This document shows, piece after piece, positions 56,514 to 58,245 of a stretch of 58,245 nt of DNA (positions are counted from its first letter, which is position 1; each line of letters begins with the position of its first letter). The notes below the pieces were generated by a model, which did not search any database, was not told the origin of the DNA, and was given only the letters and a program-made list of their open reading frames with translations. The DNA comes from a virus (lineage: Duplodnaviria > Heunggongvirae > Uroviricota > Caudoviricetes). Both the position numbers and the translations under genes were made by a program. The stretch lies in IMG/VR virus record IMGVR_UViG_3300026088_000011. One strand, 5' to 3'.

Positions 56514-58245
56514 ATGACAGTTGTTTTATTTGGAGGCAATGGGACTTTAGGAATAGAATTACAGAAAATAAATCCTGATATACTTTGTCCTACAAAATCA
56601 GAAATTGACATCAGGAATATAAAAGATGTTGAAAACTATATAAGAAAGTATTCTCCTGATATAGTGATTAATTCTGCTGCTATTATTGATAATAGAGCCA
56701 TTGAAAAAGATAGTATTCCTGCAATTGAAACTAATATTATTGGAAGTGCTAATATTTCTATAATTTGTTCTAAATATGATATTAGATTAGTCTACATTTC
56801 TACAGACTATATCTATTATGATGGAAATCAAGGTAATTACAAGGAAACCGACCCCCTACTACCATTTAATTTATATACCTGGACTAAGTTAGGAGGAGAA
56901 TGTTCTGTAAATGGAGTTAAAAATCATTTAATCATTCGTACTTCTTTTGGAAAGAATGAATTTTCATATTCTGTAGCTTTTATAGATAAATGGGCTTCCA
57001 AGGATTATGTAGATAAAATAGCTCCTTTAATATACGAAGCCTCAATGAGTCCCTTAATAGGAGTATTAAATTTGGGTACAGAGAGAAAAACTCTATTTTC
57101 TCATGCTAAAGAACGTAATCCTAATGTTTCTCCTATAAAATTATCAGAAACGAGTTTTAACACTCCTTATGATACCTCTCTAAATCTCCAGAAATGGATA
57201 GATTATAAATCAGAATCTCCTATTGCTAAATCTCATACCCATTGTAGAGCATGTAATTCTACAAAATTAACTAAATATTTAGATTTAGGATTGATGCCTT
57301 TAAGTAATAACTTAGAAACATCTTCTAAATTAGCTAGAAATAAGCAAAGATTTCCTCTTCAGGTGATGGTATGCGAAGAATGTTATTTAACACAATTATC
57401 AGTGGTGATTGATCCTAAGGAGATGTATAGTTACTACACATACAGATCTTCTATAAATAGACCATATCTACAGCATTGTAGAAATATGGCTAAAGATTTA
57501 AAGGATAAATACAATCTTTCTTCTGACAGTTCTCACATAGATATTGCCTCAAATGATGGATCTCTTCTAAAGGAATTCAAAGAGGAAATAAATATTAAAG
57601 TGTTAGGTGTAGATCCTGCTGAAAATCTAGCAGCAATAGCAGAATCTCAAGGAATTCCTACAATAGCAGATTTTTGGTGTAAAAGAGTGGGTGAGGAAAT
57701 AGTGAGTAAATACGGAAAAGCTCAATTAATAACAGCTACTAACGTATTTGCTCATGTTGACAATATTAGAGAATTCATAGAAACTGCCAAATTAGTCCTA
57801 TCTCCAAGTGGTGTATTAGTGATAGAATGTCCATATTTAGTAGACTATATTGAACATTTAGAGTACAATCAGACATATTTTGAGCATTTGTCAACAATGT
57901 CTATATCTCCTATAAATCACCTTTGTGATACATTAGGGATGAAAATAATTGAAGTGAACAAGTATAATATACATGGAGGTACAATAAGAATTACAATAGC
58001 TAAACAATCATCTAAATATGATGTAGCTCCTTCTGTTCATGATTTTATAAAAAATGAAGAAAAGAAAGGGTATACATCGAAAGAACTATATTCTGAATGG
58101 CAATCTAAGGTGAAAGAAAGCATTTCCTCTATATCAGAAAATCTTCTAAATTTAAAGAAAAAAGGATATAAATTATCTGGATTTGGAGCATCCGCTAAAG
58201 GTAATACACTTTTAAATGCTTGTAATGTTACAACAGATATAATGG
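56514..58245 (+). CDS. Fusion of RmlD-like NDP-4-keto-sugar reductase and NDP-hexose C-methyltransferase (3' end outside window); not in ORF track
   Basis: Manual translation, open to the window end: GGNGTLG, VINSAA, ISTDY, YTWTK (YxxxK), IIRTS; then in frame HCRAC...LDLGLMPLSNN, CEEC, DIASNDG, GVDPA, NVFAH, YFEH, HGGTIR, GASAKGNTLL. Confidence 0.88.
   Translation, partial: MTVVLFGGNGTLGIELQKINPDILCPTKSEIDIRNIKDVENYIRKYSPDIVINSAAIIDNRAIEKDSIPAIETNIIGSANISIICSKYDIRLVYISTDYIYYDGNQGNYKETDPLLPFNLYTWTKLGGECSVNGVKNHLIIRTSFGKNEFSYSVAFIDKWASKDYVDKIAPLIYEASMSPLIGVLNLGTERKTLFSHAKERNPNVSPIKLSETSFNTPYDTSLNLQKWIDYKSESPIAKSHTHCRACNSTKLTKYLDLGLMPLSNNLETSSKLARNKQRFPLQVMVCEECYLTQLSVVIDPKEMYSYYTYRSSINRPYLQHCRNMAKDLKDKYNLSSDSSHIDIASNDGSLLKEFKEEINIKVLGVDPAENLAAIAESQGIPTIADFWCKRVGEEIVSKYGKAQLITATNVFAHVDNIREFIETAKLVLSPSGVLVIECPYLVDYIEHLEYNQTYFEHLSTMSISPINHLCDTLGMKIIEVNKYNIHGGTIRITIAKQSSKYDVAPSVHDFIKNEEKKGYTSKELYSEWQSKVKESISSISENLLNLKKKGYKLSGFGASAKGNTLLNACNVTTDIM

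Noticed and set aside
1-58245. Stop-codon reassignment (TAG or TGA), known in some crAss-like phages
   Set aside because: Code 11 gives near-complete coding density, and TAG (MCP) and TGA (RNAP) both terminate full-length genes

Overview
The window is the virion/late-gene half of a crAss-like (Crassvirales-type) bacteriophage genome, read in the standard genetic code with every credible gene on the + strand. The host is probably Bacteroidota, judged from several TTTG-N19-20-TAnnTTTG-type promoters and A-rich leaders without Shine-Dalgarno sites. Gene order: putative scaffold, major capsid protein, HNH endonuclease, an atypical CAT-anticodon tRNA, ring/auxiliary-capsid/hub genes, two tail fibres, metallophosphoesterase, GIY-YIG endonuclease, ring/IHF-like/ring genes, an apparently split muzzle gene, ejected cargo proteins including a 3735-aa virion RNA polymerase (DFDID motif), a CPBP membrane protease, a giant protein with a PD-(D/E)xK domain, a holin/spanin-like cassette, a beta-helix tailspike, two more fibres, and a glycosylation locus that runs off the right end. 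The strongest candidate for an undescribed system is phage-encoded O-glycosylation of virion proteins. Its parts are a glycosyltransferase resembling plant peptide O-glycosyltransferases (HPAT/SGT1), a tandem GT-A enzyme, an in-frame RmlD-like reductase::NDP-sugar C-methyltransferase fusion missed by the ORF track, and six mucin-like Thr/Ser tracts on putative virion proteins. Three microproteins missed by the track and a recurrent AAACCAA leader motif, with its exact complement exposed in a hairpin loop, also merit follow-up. All family assignments come from motif recognition and recalled synteny; no database searches were run.
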